Program-made: the position numbers and the translations under genes
Source: the human T2T-CHM13v2.0 reference genome, Homo sapiens
Length of the DNA stretch: 64,000 bases
Strand: one strand, 5' to 3'
NCBI RefSeq assembly: GCF_009914755.1
Contig: NC_060931.1
In this document: positions 38,320 to 52,092 of the stretch, piece by piece
How positions within the stretch are numbered: the stretch's first letter is position 1
Layout: the number at the start of each line of letters is the position of its first letter
The notes under the pieces: model-generated
What the model was told of the DNA's origin: nothing
The model's database searches: none
Seen by the model: only the letters and a program-made list of their open reading frames with translations

Positions 38320-40560
38320 CCTTTATATATTGAGGTATAACTAATATACAAAAAACTGGATATGCTTAAAGTAAATAATTCGGTCAGTTTGTCATATGTA
38401 AACGTCCATGAAACCATCATCATGATTGAGATAATTAACAGTTACATCATCATTCCAAGAGTTTCCTCCAGCCCCTTCTCCTGCTCATCTGGTTTATGTC
38501 ACTTTGCTTTAGTGTGCATTTCCTAAAATTCTACATGAATAAAATCATTCATATAAACTCTTTTTTTCCTCTACTTTCACTTAAGAAATTATTTTGAGAT
38601 TCCGCCACATTGTAGAATGTATACATAGCTCATTGCTTTTCAACGGTGAGTACTTTTCCATTGTATGGACATATCACATTTTCTCTGTCCATTTACCTGT
38701 TGATGGACACTTGGGTTGTTGCCACTATGGGGCTGCTACATATAAAGCTGCAATGAGTATTTTTAGACACTTTTGGGTGAATACCTAGGAATGGAATGGC
38801 TGGACCATATGGTAAGTGTCTATGTAACTTTTTAAGAAAATGCAAAGCTGCTTCCCAGAATACTTGCAGCATTTCACATCCCCACCATCAATCCTGCCCC
38901 TACTTGGTATGGTTGGCATTTTGAATTTTAGCCATTCTAGTGCTGGCGTAGTGGTATAACACTGTGTTTTTAATTTGCAACTTTATTAATTACTAATGAT
39001 GTTGAACATCTTTTTGTATGCTTATTAATAGGCATTTTTATGTGTTCTCTGGTAAAATGTTTGTTCAAATCCTTTTCCTTTTTTTCACTAGGTTGTTTGC
39101 TTTCTTAACACTCAGTTGTAAGAGTTCTTTATATATTTTAGATGCAAGTCCCTTATCATATATATGATTTGCAAATATTTCTTCTGAGTCTGTTGCCTGT
39201 GCATATATTCACTTAAGAATCTTTTGAAGAACAAAATCTTGTAATTTAAGTCCAGTTTATCAATTTGTTCTTTTAGGAATAGTGTGTTTGGTGTTGTATC
39301 TAAAATAGTATCTGCCTAATCCAGTCACAAAACATGTTTTTCTGTTTTCTTCCAAAAGTGTAATAGTTTTGGAAGAAACTATAAACATAAGCCTATGATC
39401 CATTTTCAGTTAATTTTTACACATGGTGTGAGGCATATATATCAACAAAGTTTAGTTTTTTAAATATGGATATTCAATGGTACCACTACCATTTGTTGAG
39501 ACTATCTATTCTTCATTGAATTGCTTTTGTAATTTTATCCAAAATCAGCCAAATGTTAAATCCATCTAGGTTATTTTTCATTTCAGACACTGGAGTTTCT
39601 CTCTCCAGTGAAGTTTGGTTTGGGTCTTTTTATATGTTCCACGACTCTACTTAACTTTTTGAACACATTAAACATAGTAAAAATAAATGTCTTAATGTCC
39701 TTGTCTTAATGTTCATAATCTTAACATTAGTTTTGTGTCCTCATTAGTTTTGTTTTGCTTTCTCTCTTAACTATATTGCTATTTTCAGGCTTCTTTGATT
39801 GCCTGGTAATTTTTGATTGAATGCCAGACACTGTGATTTTATGTTTTTGGATGCTGGATATTTTTGTATTCTTATAAATATTCTTGAACTTTATTCTGGG
39901 ATGCAGTTAAGTTGCTTAGAAACATTTTTATCTTTTTGGGTCTTGCTCTTCACATTTGTTAGGAAGGCCTGGAGTCATGCTCCATCTAGTGCAAGTTATC
40001 CCCCACTACTGGGCAAAACCCTTCTGTATATCACTCAATGCCCAGTGAATCTTGATACTTTCCTCTCTTGCTCATGAGAACAGGCACTCTTCCCAGCTTT
40101 GAGTTAGCACTGGGTTAGCCTCTCTTTCCAATCTTTTCATTTGGTTCTTTCCCTGGCCTTCAATGTCCCTAATGTCCTCCTACCCAACGCTCAGTTGAAT
40201 ACGTATGGCGGATCCTCTGCAGATCTCCAACAGCTCTCTCTCTGTTCAGCCTTCTCTCCATCCTGCAAGTCATTGTGGTCCCCTGGAGTTTCAACTCCAA
40301 ATGCCCAACTCAGAGTCTCCCAGATTCTGCGTGAGTTTCCTCTCCCTGCCTTACACCTGGAAACTTTGTCTAGGCGGTAAACTGGGACAACTGTACTGTC
40401 ACCATGTTTGTTTCTTACTTTTCAGGGATCGTTGTCTTTCACTGCCTGATGCCCATTGGCTTGGAAGCCATTATTTCATATAGTTTGTCCATTTTTTGTT
40501 TGTTCAGTCAGGATAATAAATCAAGTCTCTGTTACTCCATCCTGACCTGAAGCATACATC
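38320..40560 (-). mobile_element. Old L1M fragments
   Basis: Antisense L1 3' motifs (gatggacacttgggttgtt; tacctaggaatggaatggctgg; tgatgttgaacatcttttt; gagttctttatatattt). Boundaries are approximate. Confidence 0.75.
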
Positions 40561-41559
40561 TCTAATCTTTCATATTTAGAGACGAACAATTCACTGAAAT
40601 TAAAGTTAACTTATCAATTATTCAATAATTATAAATTATTGAAAACTCTATAAATTAATATCCCCAAGACTTAAGAGTATTTAAAATGAAAAAGAGCAAA
40701 AAAAAAATATGCTATGAGAGTATGTTTAAAACATAACTGTGGAATAATAAAAATAGCTCAACAAGCCGGAGGTTTGTGTTTGAATTTAAAGTAATTTGTT
40801 TTACCTTTCTCAGTTTACCACCTCACCGATAAATAGGATTAATACTGCTACCCACCACAGAGGGTTCATTAGTAGGCTAAAAGGGAGGATGAATAATTTA
40901 CACAAATGTTCAATGTTATGGCTAAAGAGAAAGAGGTTAAACAGATGTTTATCCAGTGAGGTAGAAGAAGCCAGAATGTTAGATTGTTCACTGCAGGTCC
41001 TCAAGAAAGGTGGAAAAACATGCTTATCAACAATCTTGGAGACATTACAATCTGTAAACCCTTATCTATCAAAGATGGCCACATCAGCTGCATCAGCTCA
41101 AAGCCAGTACTAGAAAGAGAGAGCATGTTAATTTTCAGTTACAGTGCAGGAGTTAAACTTCCACTAAGGACAATTATGAAAGCTACACAAAATACTAACA
41201 ACAATAGTTTGAACCCATTCAGATCGCCCAAGGCAGCCAGGGCTTACTGGGCCAAAACCTCCAGGGAAGGGAGCAGGAGATCCATGGCCATTTTTCCTTC
41301 TCAGACATGGACCCGTTTGGAAGCATGTGGTATAGGGGCCATACACAAACTAGCAGTGGTAATCACACTGTTCTGGGGAGACCAAGTTTGGAGTTCAGAG
41401 CTACCAAGGCACCAGTTCTGGAAGTGCCAAGGTCTCAGAGAAATGAGGACTGCAGAGACAGAGTCAACACTCTGAGCATGTTTCCCCTCAAGGCATTTCT
41501 GAGTCCTAAGTGGCAGAGGTACAGGGCCCAATGCCCAGTAAACAAGACAAAGCCAGCTG

Positions 41560-42696
41560 CTACGAATCTAAAAAAGATCAGCAGGGATTGTGGCAGTCTC
41601 TTAGTGGATGCTAAGTAACCAAAAACGGCAGTTCAAGATGTACCTAGGAAGAGGGGCCTTTGCAAACACCACAAGGTTTCAAGGTGAGACCCTTGAAGGG
41701 CTACAAACTAGAAACAAGAGGACCATGACAGGATCTGATTAGGCAGCCTGGAAGAAAAATTATATCCTCTCTAAAGAACATGCCTCCCCCACCCAGAGCC
41801 TGACTTTGTCTATACTCTAAAAATACAGTATCAAATATTTAATTGTAAAAAAATGATCATCAATGCCAGGAAACATGACAAATGAAAACCAAGACTGCCA
41901 CCACCCCACACACAGAAAAAACGCCCACAGCTAGTTCAAAAATTGATGTTAAAAGCCACAGATACTAACATAACTGAACAGAATGTTTAAGAAAGCAGAA
42001 GCAAAAAGAATTTCACCAAAGAACTGAAGTCCATTAAGAATAATCAAATGATGTTCCCTGCCCTGTGTCCAGGTGTTCTGATTGTTCAATTCCCACCTAT
42101 GAGTGAGAACATGCAGTGTTTGGTTTTCTGTCCTTGTGATAGTTTGCTCAAAATGATGGTTTCCAGCTTCATCCATGTCCCTACAAAGGACATGAACTCA
42201 TTCTTTTTTATGGCTGCATAGTATTCCATGGTGTATATGTGCCACATTTTCTTAATCCAGTCTATTATTGATGGAAATTTGGGTTGGTTCCAAGTCTTTG
42301 CTGTTGTGAATAGTGCTGCAATAAGCATACGTGTGCATGTGTCTTTATAGCAGCATGATTTATAGTCCTTTGGGTATATACCCAGTAATGGGATCACTGG
42401 GTCAATAGTATTTCTAGTTCTAGATCCTTGAGGAATCTCCACACTGTCTTCCACAATGGTTGAACTAGTTTACAGTCCCACCAACAGTGTATAAGTGTTC
42501 CTATTTCTCCACATCCTCTCCAGCACCTGTTGTTTCCTGACTTTTTAATGATTGCCATTCTGGGGGCAGGGGGAGGGATAGCATTAAGAGAAATACCTAA
42601 TGTAAATGACGAGTTAATGGGTGCAGCACACCAACATGGCACATGTATACATATGTAACAAACCTGCACATTGTGCACATGTACCCTAGAACTTAA

Positions 42697-42732
<36 letters not shown>

Positions 42733-43200
42733 CATATATATATAGAGAGAGAGAGAGAAAGAGAGAATAATCAAATGGAAACTCTAGAACTCAAAACAAA
42801 ATAAATGAAATTAAGCATTCAGTTCATGATTTTATCAGCAGACTAAACACAGCAAAAGAAATTGTGAGTGAACTGGGAGAAAAATAGGAAGAAAATATGC
42901 AGTCTGAAGCATAAAGAGGAACAAGACTGAGAAATACACAAAAGACAGTAAGACATGAGAAATGATTCTTAAAAATTCTAACATACCTATAATTGGAGTC
43001 CAAGAAGTTGTGGAGAAATTGAATGAGGCAGAGGCAATATTGGAAAATATACATACTGAGAATTTCCTAAAAGACTCAAGAAATCAAGCCACAAGTTAAA
43101 AAACAAAACAAACAAACAAAAAACCTAAGAAGGATTAATAAAAAGAAAATTACACATAAGCACTTAATAGTAAAACTTCTGAAAAATCAAATACAAAGTC
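41560..43200 (+). mobile_element. Old L1M 5'/ORF1-like remnant that hosts a younger inverted L1PA
   Basis: A-rich ORF1-like sequence (gaaactctagaactcaaaac; cagcagactaaacacagcaaaagaa; tgagaatttcctaaa) continuous across the 42037-42777 insertion. Confidence 0.55.
42051..42763. mobile_element. L1PA (PA4/5-like) insertion with 5' inversion: minus-strand segment 42051-42561, plus-strand 3' end 42562-42697, tail converted to (GT)n(TA)n(GA)n
   Basis: ORF2 C-terminal peptide on the minus strand (MWHIYTMEYYAAIK...HCMFSLIGGN), L1 3' terminus on the plus strand, and a 14-bp TSD AGAATAATCAAATG at 42037-42050 and 42764-42777. Confidence 0.92.
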
Positions 43201-43711
43201 TGAAACACAGTGCCTTGTCCATTTTGGGGGAAAGGACGAGACACCAATTTCCGCACTAATGTTTTCAACATTTAATCATGTTTCCATTATAGAAAAGCCC
43301 AGTACTAATGTTCTGTTTGTATGAACATACTGTTAAGACCCTTGGGAATGGTGTGTCTGCTGCACCCAACTGTAAATACCATGACCATCTCAAGGCCAGG
43401 CCTGGCAAATGCTCAGTTTGTGTCATGAATACATGTGCACGTTTTCTGCTATGACTGACCTGTAAATCCATAGAGCAGATGCAGTTGTGTGACTGACCGC
43501 CCCTCCTCCCAGTATGGCCCACAGGAAATGTCCTAAAATAAGTGTTTGCTGAATTTATTATTTCTTTCTATTAAAGCTGGGATAGAAAAACAAAGATGCA
43601 TGGAGTTTAAAACCATCCCTCTGCACCCTCACTTCTATTCCCAGTACTAAGATGACTTATCTCCATTTGTGTTTGTCCGTATTTCTTTTCCATTAAAAAT
43701 GTCTTTGCTGG

Positions 43712-44193
<482 letters not shown>

Positions 44194-47100
44194 AAAAAAT
44201 AAAATGTCTTTGCTGGGCACCAGTTTTCCACTAACATGGCCTACACCAGCCGGAGAACGGAAGAGAGAAACAAAAGCGAAACAGGGAGTGCCTGCGTGTC
44301 CTGCTTGTGTCAGCCAGATGAGACCATGTGCAAATTACTACTGCATGGAGGAACATGTGAGGTGCAGCTCTTGAGCTGCAGGAGGACCCACAGGGAGACT
44401 TGCTTCATCTGGAGGGAGCTTCATCTGAAGGCTTCCTGGAGCAAGTGGCATTTGATGAATGCCATCCTGGAAGGATGGGTGGCATGCATTCTGACAAAAC
44501 CACCTCATGGGTTCTTTGCTTATTGGGCAGGGGCCACTCCTGCCATTCACTGCTGTGTCCCCAGCACTGGGCTGGCACCTGTAGGAGCTCCATGTCATTC
44601 ACATTGTGAATTAATGAATGAACTAGCAAAGGCTTAGAGGTTAGAGGGAGAGGTTCAGAGCATGACGTGGAAATACTGCTCAGGGGTCTGGTTCAGAGGA
44701 GTAGGTGGACAGTTGGTTGATCAGTTCCTAGGGTCTCATGCCAAGAAGCAGCACAGAACTTTGGAATAAAAAAAAGTTTATTAATCAAGTTTAATATGCC
44801 CACCTTATGGTTGGTTGGTTGAGCTTTCAAAGAGTCATATAAGAGAGGAGCACATACCCAGCACAGCATGCAGTACCTGTTTCTATGACTGACATTGCTC
44901 TTAGTGGTTCCCACAAAGCCACGGGGGCAATCCCTGGTGCTTCACATCCCTGTTTACAGAGTCCCCGTGCCTCAAGGCTCTAGAAGACCCCATGCCATGA
45001 CTCAGAAGCCCTCAATGCACTCCCATGGCGCCTGGGAATTTCACCAAATGAGAAGAGGCTGAAGGAAAATAAAATCCACTTTGTTCCTGTTATCACAGTG
45101 CTTGTCCCAGAAAACAGCAAGCCCAGCAATTCCCATGAAAGTGGCTTTGTTTATCATTCAATTAGCACCAACTCTGGGGCACTCTGGCTGTGTAGTTCCC
45201 TCTGTCAGACCAGTTCCTGACCGGGTGACAGGACTTAACCCTTTATTTGGAGAAGGGGCTGCTCAAAGCATCAGATTCCATGTTTATCCCAAGGACTTCA
45301 GCACAGGGAGACTTGGGCTTCCTGGGCCATTTCTCCTGAAGGTCCTTGGTCTTTGCCTGTGCTCAGAGATGCAAGTCGGCTAACAGAGTGCCACACAGCT
45401 CAATGCCACAGCAATTAATCCACTTATTAGATGGGCCTTGGCATTCCCAGATAAGTTGGGTGAGTGTCACATCTTCAGGTCAGTGCAGTCACTTCCAGTG
45501 ACTGGGACTGCAGACAGCAAGGAGGATGCTGACAGCAGCTACACTTTACACAGAACCTACACCCTGCAGGCGCTGTGCTTGGCACCTACCATCTCCACTT
45601 CCCTTAGGTCTGCACAGCTCCTCGAGATGTGCCCATGCTTAACGGAAGAGGAGAGCGAGGCAGCGGGAGCCTGGGTCCCTTTCTAAGTGCTCCTCTGCAC
45701 TGTCCCTGCTGAGCATCTAGCAAGCACAGAACAGGAGCCGGCAGGGCTGGGGGAGGTGCACCAAAAATCGTATAGTCAAATGCACCAGTCAAGTGAGGAT
45801 GATCTACCTACTGCAAACCCTTTTGCATGAGTTCACTTCATTTCTAGAAATGTGGCTCACCATAAGAACAGGCAGAATTGTTGTTGTTGCTCAACTTGTA
45901 CATTTGATGTTCACGGTTAAACTACCATGAACATTTTTAGCAATGTTAAAAATGAGGACAGGACGTGGGCTGAGCTCCTTGTTGTGGGGCGATCAGGTGC
46001 CTGTATCCTCAGCTCTGTACCTAGAAGAGCCCAGGAGATGGCCCGGGGTGGGGATGACCGGGGTGAGGAGCAGATGGGATTTGCACCGTCTTGGACAGGG
46101 GCATCTGCGGAGGCATTAAGCCCGCTGCTCTCTCCAGAGCCCTGCGCCTGTGGCAGCCTGTCTCTCTGCTTCAGAGGTGGAGACATAAGGGCACCACAGT
46201 GAGCATAATGGTCCCTCAAAGCAACTACATGGAGGGTTTTCCGGTGCAGGCCAACTTCTACTAAGGCAAAAGCCGTCTTCCTGAGGCCATGCACCCCTCC
46301 CCTATGAAGATGTGTTTCCACAACGTGGGAGGCTCCAGAGGCCACACAGGGATGCTGTTTAGACCGTGTGCACGCCAGCACAGCCCTGCCAGCCACAGCC
46401 GATCTTGGGCCCTGAACAGACGCTCCTTTTAGTTCCAGCATCCTGCTGGCTCGGCCTCCTTCTGCCCTTAATTCCCACAATATTCTCACATTTTCCCTTT
46501 GCTGCTCAGACCCAGAGCAGGAGGCATAATACCGTTAGTGTGTGGAAACAACACTCATCTCACTTTCTGGTATTCCGCCTAAGCAGCTGGTGTCCCTGGT
46601 GCCCTGCGGGGGTGAGGTGGCCGGGAAGGCTGCTGCTGCGGGGCAGCCCCCCGGGACCGGGCTAGAACTTGGGAGGCGCGTGCCCGTCGTTCTGGGACTT
46701 CAGGAATGTCTATGCTCCTCTCCTCTCGGCTTCCACCTCCTTCATTTCCTTTACCCAGAACAAGGGTGACAGAGGGTCACGGGCCCTTTTCCAAACGATC
46801 TATTTTTATGCTCTCATCCAGGCTTCTGTGGGAAGCTGGATACCACTCATTCTCCAACGGCCACTATTTACATGACATATAAGTTAACAGGAAGAGGAGA
46901 AACCCACGGGGCTCAGGCAGGGCCACTGGCTCGCTCTTCGGAAGCCTTAGAGCCTGGCCAAAACCTGCAACCTAAATGTGTAAGGAGTTGTCAGACATAT
47001 TAAACATTCATGAGGGATCCAAACATCAAAGTTCATCCTCAGGAACCATAACTTACTTAGCAAAAAATCAGGACATGTGACATTAAAAACAAAATCAGCA

Positions 47101-47380
47101 TTTTCCTGTGTTCCCAATTTCCCGTGTTCCTGATAAGGCATAAAAATTATTCACTCATACATCAATTAGTAACTACAAATCGCCTTTGAATGTTTTATAT
47201 CACCTTTAATGAAAAATAAAATAAATTTAGCTGAGGTCAATATTATAGTCTCCTATCCAAGTGAAGAAACTTGAGTTTTGTTAACTACCTAAAAATACAG
47301 TCTCAATCTTTGGCCCATAAATACACAGTCATATTCACAATAAACTTTCAGAAGTAAGTGAGACTATCCACCTAACTAAC

Positions 47381-47384
<4 letters not shown>

Positions 47385-47434
<50 letters not shown>
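47385..47434. repeat. (TC)n microsatellite, ~25 units
   Basis: Seen directly. Confidence 0.97.
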
Positions 47435-47438
<4 letters not shown>

Positions 47439-47868
47439 CTTTCCTCCCTCCTAGTCACATCCCGGGATTATTATGCAGTTAAATAGGAAGTATCTTTTTC
47501 CATTATTTGAGAGAGTTCTAAAAAAATGGAACATCAAATCTCTCGTATCCTTCTTCCATTACATTTCTAGGCGGGGAATTGGGGCTGCTGCAGAGAAACA
47601 GCTCAGATCTCCAAGTTCTAGCCTGAGCTCTTCTGCCATAAACCATGGGGTGTTGGGCACATTGTCAACCCCTGGGGCCTTCAGGATCTTCATTTACAGA
47701 CTCACTTCAATTGGGATCAGATTAGATGATTTCTAGGGTTTATTTAGCTAGGAATTTTTAAATTCTAATTTAGAAAAGCAAGACTTTGTATTGGAGTTTC
47801 CTCAGTAGTGATTAGTTTTATTTTTTTGTTTGTTTGTTTTTGTTTTTTTTTTTTAAAGTCCTTATCTT

Positions 47869-48094
<226 letters not shown>

Positions 48095-49214
48095 CTATAA
48101 TTCTTTTGTTATTTGTCTATGAACAATCAGGCCATTTAACCAACCTTCTTGAAAGCAAAGAGAAAATGGCAGGCAGCCAGATATAATGAGAATTAATTAG
48201 TGACCACCCCAACACTGGAAAAGCATTTTCATGGTTTCCGATGAGAATCAAAGTCCTACAGATACAAACAAACAAACAAAAATGATGAAAAACCCACAAA
48301 TGGATAAATAAATACTTTCTTGGTGTTGAATCTTTTCTTTTTAAAATCCTGATGTCAACATAATACAAATAATATGAAATTTGTTCTACAGCTTAAGGTC
48401 AACTGATTTCAGCAAATATGAGAAATGCTCTCAAAAGGATAAATTGTTTCTGTCTTTTTAAAGGAAGCAAGGTTCTTATTCCCCCAGTGAAGCCAGAATT
48501 GCTCCAGCCAGGGCTGAAATGGGAATCCTGTCCACCAAAAGCCGGGTGACCCTTTTATGACATTCTCATCACAATTGGAATTATCCCCTTCAAAAGAGAC
48601 CATGCCACAGTCTTCCTTTTAAGCAATAACACAAAAGGAAGTAGAAAATGTAGATGCAATAGTTCATTACAGTTGGAGCCCTATTTTCTCTTATTCTTTG
48701 AAGATGTCCCATTTATATTCAAGGTTTTGATCAGACTGGAAAGAAAACACATTTACCAGTTTAGTTGGTGTTGTGTAGAGAATTCTAATGTTGAAACAGT
48801 GAAAACAGCGTTTTTCTTCATAGTGAGTGTTTCCCAAGCAGTTTTTACACTTGGGATGCACTAAGTGAGGCCAGTTCCTCCAGGGACTCACATAGTCCCT
48901 TAGCAACCTACAAGGGATGAGAGTTGTAAAAAAATGTGCTTTGGTTTGAGTTCTCAAGAAAACAAATGACTTCCTTCCTTCTAGACTTTAAAGAAAGATG
49001 ACACTGAAGTGGAGCTACTGAGGCTGCCTAGAGACCACATCAAGCCTGCAGACAGAGCCAACACACAGCTGAGAAGATCAGGGTCTAGGGAGTCACTGGA
49101 AATAAATGTGTGAGAGAGACAGAGAGAGAGACCCACCCGCTGAGTGGCCAAGGAGTCCTCATGAAGCCAAATCTGAGGCCACAGCCACCCACAGCTGCTC
49201 AGTGAGTTTCGTTA

Positions 49215-49662
49215 TTTTTCTCAAATTGTGATAAGACATACATAACAAAATTTACCATCTTAGCCATTTTTAAGTGTACAGTGCTGTAGCATCAAGTACA
49301 TTCACTTTTTCGTACACCAACTATCTCCAGAACTTTATAATCTTACAAAACTATAACTCTTTCCCCATTGAAATAATTTCCTATCCTCCACCCAAGTCCC
49401 CACCATCCCACTTTCTGTATGTATGAATTCAATGACTCTAGGGACCTCATGTAAGTGGAATCATACAGAATTTGTCTTCTTGTGACTGACTTACTTCACT
49501 GAACACAATGTCCCTGAAGTTCTTCCATGTTGTAGTGCGTGTCAGAACGTCCTTCCTTTTTAAGGCTGAGTAATATTCCACTGCATGCATAGATCACATT
49601 TTGTTTATCCATTCAGCTGTCCCTGGACACTCGATAGCTTTCACCCTTTGACTTTGCGAACA
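49215..49662 (-). mobile_element. L1MB-like 3' fragment
   Basis: cataacaaaatttaccatcttagccatttttaagtgtacag; gggacctcatgtaagtggaatcatacag. Confidence 0.85.
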
Positions 49663-50407
49663 GTTACATTTTCTCCTCTCTTGTTCCTTTAGCCAGTTTG
49701 AGTTGGGACTGGTTACTTGCAACAGGAAACAGACTCAGTGACACAATGTCCTTGCCTCAAAGCTGCTTCCAGTCCAGTGGGAGTGCAAACAGACAGGAAT
49801 GCACCAGCACAGGGCAGTCAGGCCAGGGTGAGGGTATGCAAAGCAGCACCAGAAAAGAAAAGAGCCATCTGACCCTCCTCAGGGAAGCTTTCCTTATGCT
49901 GAGCCAAAACAAAACAAAAACAAAAACCCACAAACAGAGGAAGTATTGCCCTTCACAAGCAGAGAGAGAACCTGCATAAGAGGCTTTGAGAGCCCTGGGC
50001 TGATTATCATGATGGAGAATGGAGGTTACCATAATGTATACACCACGTCCACACAGGAGTGGACAGCGGTCAGAGAAAGCTTCAGGCAGCTCAAGATGAT
50101 ACCGGCGAGGGTCTATGCCAATGAAGAGGCTGTACCTAAGATGCTTGGTTCCAAGTCTTTAGTCCGCAGAATAATTCCAGTCTCATAACTGGACTTGTCC
50201 ACAGGACAGGAAGTCTTGATGTTTTCTGTTTTCAGGCAGAATTCCCAGAGAATCTGGCTTTCCTTTAGAAACGGCACATGGGACACAGATGACATGTGCT
50301 GAACTTTGCCACAGCCCTTCTAAGGAAAGGTCACTTTAGCCTGGTGGCTCAACAGCTGAAGTCCCGAGGAGTCCTGGTCCAGGATCATCATTTTGTCCTA
50401 CAACCAC

Positions 50408-50862
50408 TGTCTGAGTCCATGTGCACCGCTATATAGGAACAACCGAGGCTGGGCAATTTATTTTAAAAAGAGGTTTATTTGGCTCACGGTTCTGAAGGCT
50501 GTAGAAAAAGCATCTGCACCTGGTGAGGGCCTCAGGAAGCTTCCATTGATGTGCACTCTGCACACCCTCACCCTGGCCTAACCACCCCATGCCAGTGCAT
50601 TCCTGTCTACCTCCACTCCCACTGGACTTGTGAAAGGAAGCTGGCATCACATGGTGAGAGGAAGGCGAGAGAGAGAGAGTGAGAGAGTGATAGAGAGAGA
50701 GACAGAGAGAGAGAGAGAGAGGAGGGGAGGTGCCAGGCTCTTTTTGACAATCAGTTCTCGTGTGAACTAACAGTGAGAACTCACTCGTTACCATGAGGAC
50801 AGCACCAAGCCCTTCATGAAGTATCTGCCCCCATGGAGGGGACAAATATCCAAACTGTATCA
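50408..50862 (-). mobile_element. MST-family (MaLR) LTR with an internal foreign insertion and an internal deletion
   Basis: aaagaggtttatttggctcacggttctg; ggtgagggcctcaggaagctt; gaggtgccaggctctttt; ends ccaaactgtatca. Confidence 0.85.
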
Positions 50863-51704
50863 ATGACTGCACCATGGAAGTCTAAATCACATAAGGCCCG
50901 GGGGAGAAACCTCCCCTGTAATCTCAGAAGTCTCTTACCATGACTTGAAAACCTTATTCTATGTGGCAGATTTCAATGGACCTGAATAGAATCAAAGACA
51001 CCCTTAAAGGACCTGCCTGTCTAAGAACCCCTGTGGCACTCGGGGCATCTGCATCCCTTATGCCCACCAGCCCATGTGCCAGGGACCACAGGCAGCTAAT
51101 GGGGGTTTCTCATGTAGTTTCAGAAACTGGAAGACTGCTGCTTTTGAGAGAATATCACTGGTCAGACTCTAACCAGGTCCCTAACCAGGCGTTGCCATCT
51201 TCACCCAGTATTTCTAAAGCGTCCTGTGAGCAATGAGGAATGCAACACTGGGAATCCTGTGTTAGGTAAGAATTCGAAACCTCAGCTTCACTTAAACCCT
51301 TCACTCAGTTAACAAAAAGATGTACTCTCATTGCAGTAAATATAAACAGAGACTCAGAATGCATTTTATCTTTGTTCAGAAAACATAAGTTATCTTTATA
51401 AATTATCACTATTTTACTAATAGTGACTATCTGCGCGGTGCTCAGTGGGCTTACTTGACCCTCAGAACAACTCTTAAAGGTGTGCACTCTCGTCCATCTA
51501 TACCTGTGAGGAGGCCGAGGCTTCAGCACTTCCCCTCACCTGCACCTGGAGGGAAACACACGCACCACCCAGCTGGAGCAGGACTCAAACATGATTCTTG
51601 GGTTTCCCACCTCTAGCTCATTAGCACGAACCTCATTCCTTTTCCTTTTCACTCTGTCCACAGCTCTGTGAGTTAAGAGGAATCCTGGTATTCCACGAGT
51701 TGGG

Positions 51705-52092
51705 AGTATTAGTCAGCTTGGGCTGCTATAAAAAATACCACACAGTGACTGAACCAACAGAAATGTATCCCCTCCCAGTCTAGCAGCTGGAAGTCCAAGA
51801 TCAAGGCATTGGCAGGGCTGGTTTCTCCCGAGGCTTCTCTCTGCGGTGCACAGATGGCCATCTTCTCCCTGTGTCCTCACATGGTCTTCCCTCTGTGTGT
51901 CTGTGTCCTGATCGCCCCCTTCTACAGGGACACAAGTCATGTTGGATGAGGGCTCACCCTAAGGGACCCACTTTCACCAGTCACCACTGTAAAGGCCCTT
52001 TCTCCAAACACTCACATCCTGGGGTTCGGGTTAAGGCATCATTCAACATAGGAATGTGCAGGGGGTGGAGGGAGTCACAATTCAGCCTAACA
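51705..52092 (-). mobile_element. MLT1-family (MLT1B-like) LTR
   Basis: gtattagtc...gggctgctata...gctggaagtccaagatcaagg...cacaattcagcctaaca. Confidence 0.85.

Noticed and set aside
42086-42454. 122-aa ORF with strong L1 ORF2 similarity
   Set aside because: Fragment of a truncated, inverted L1 with no promoter or RT domain; not a gene.
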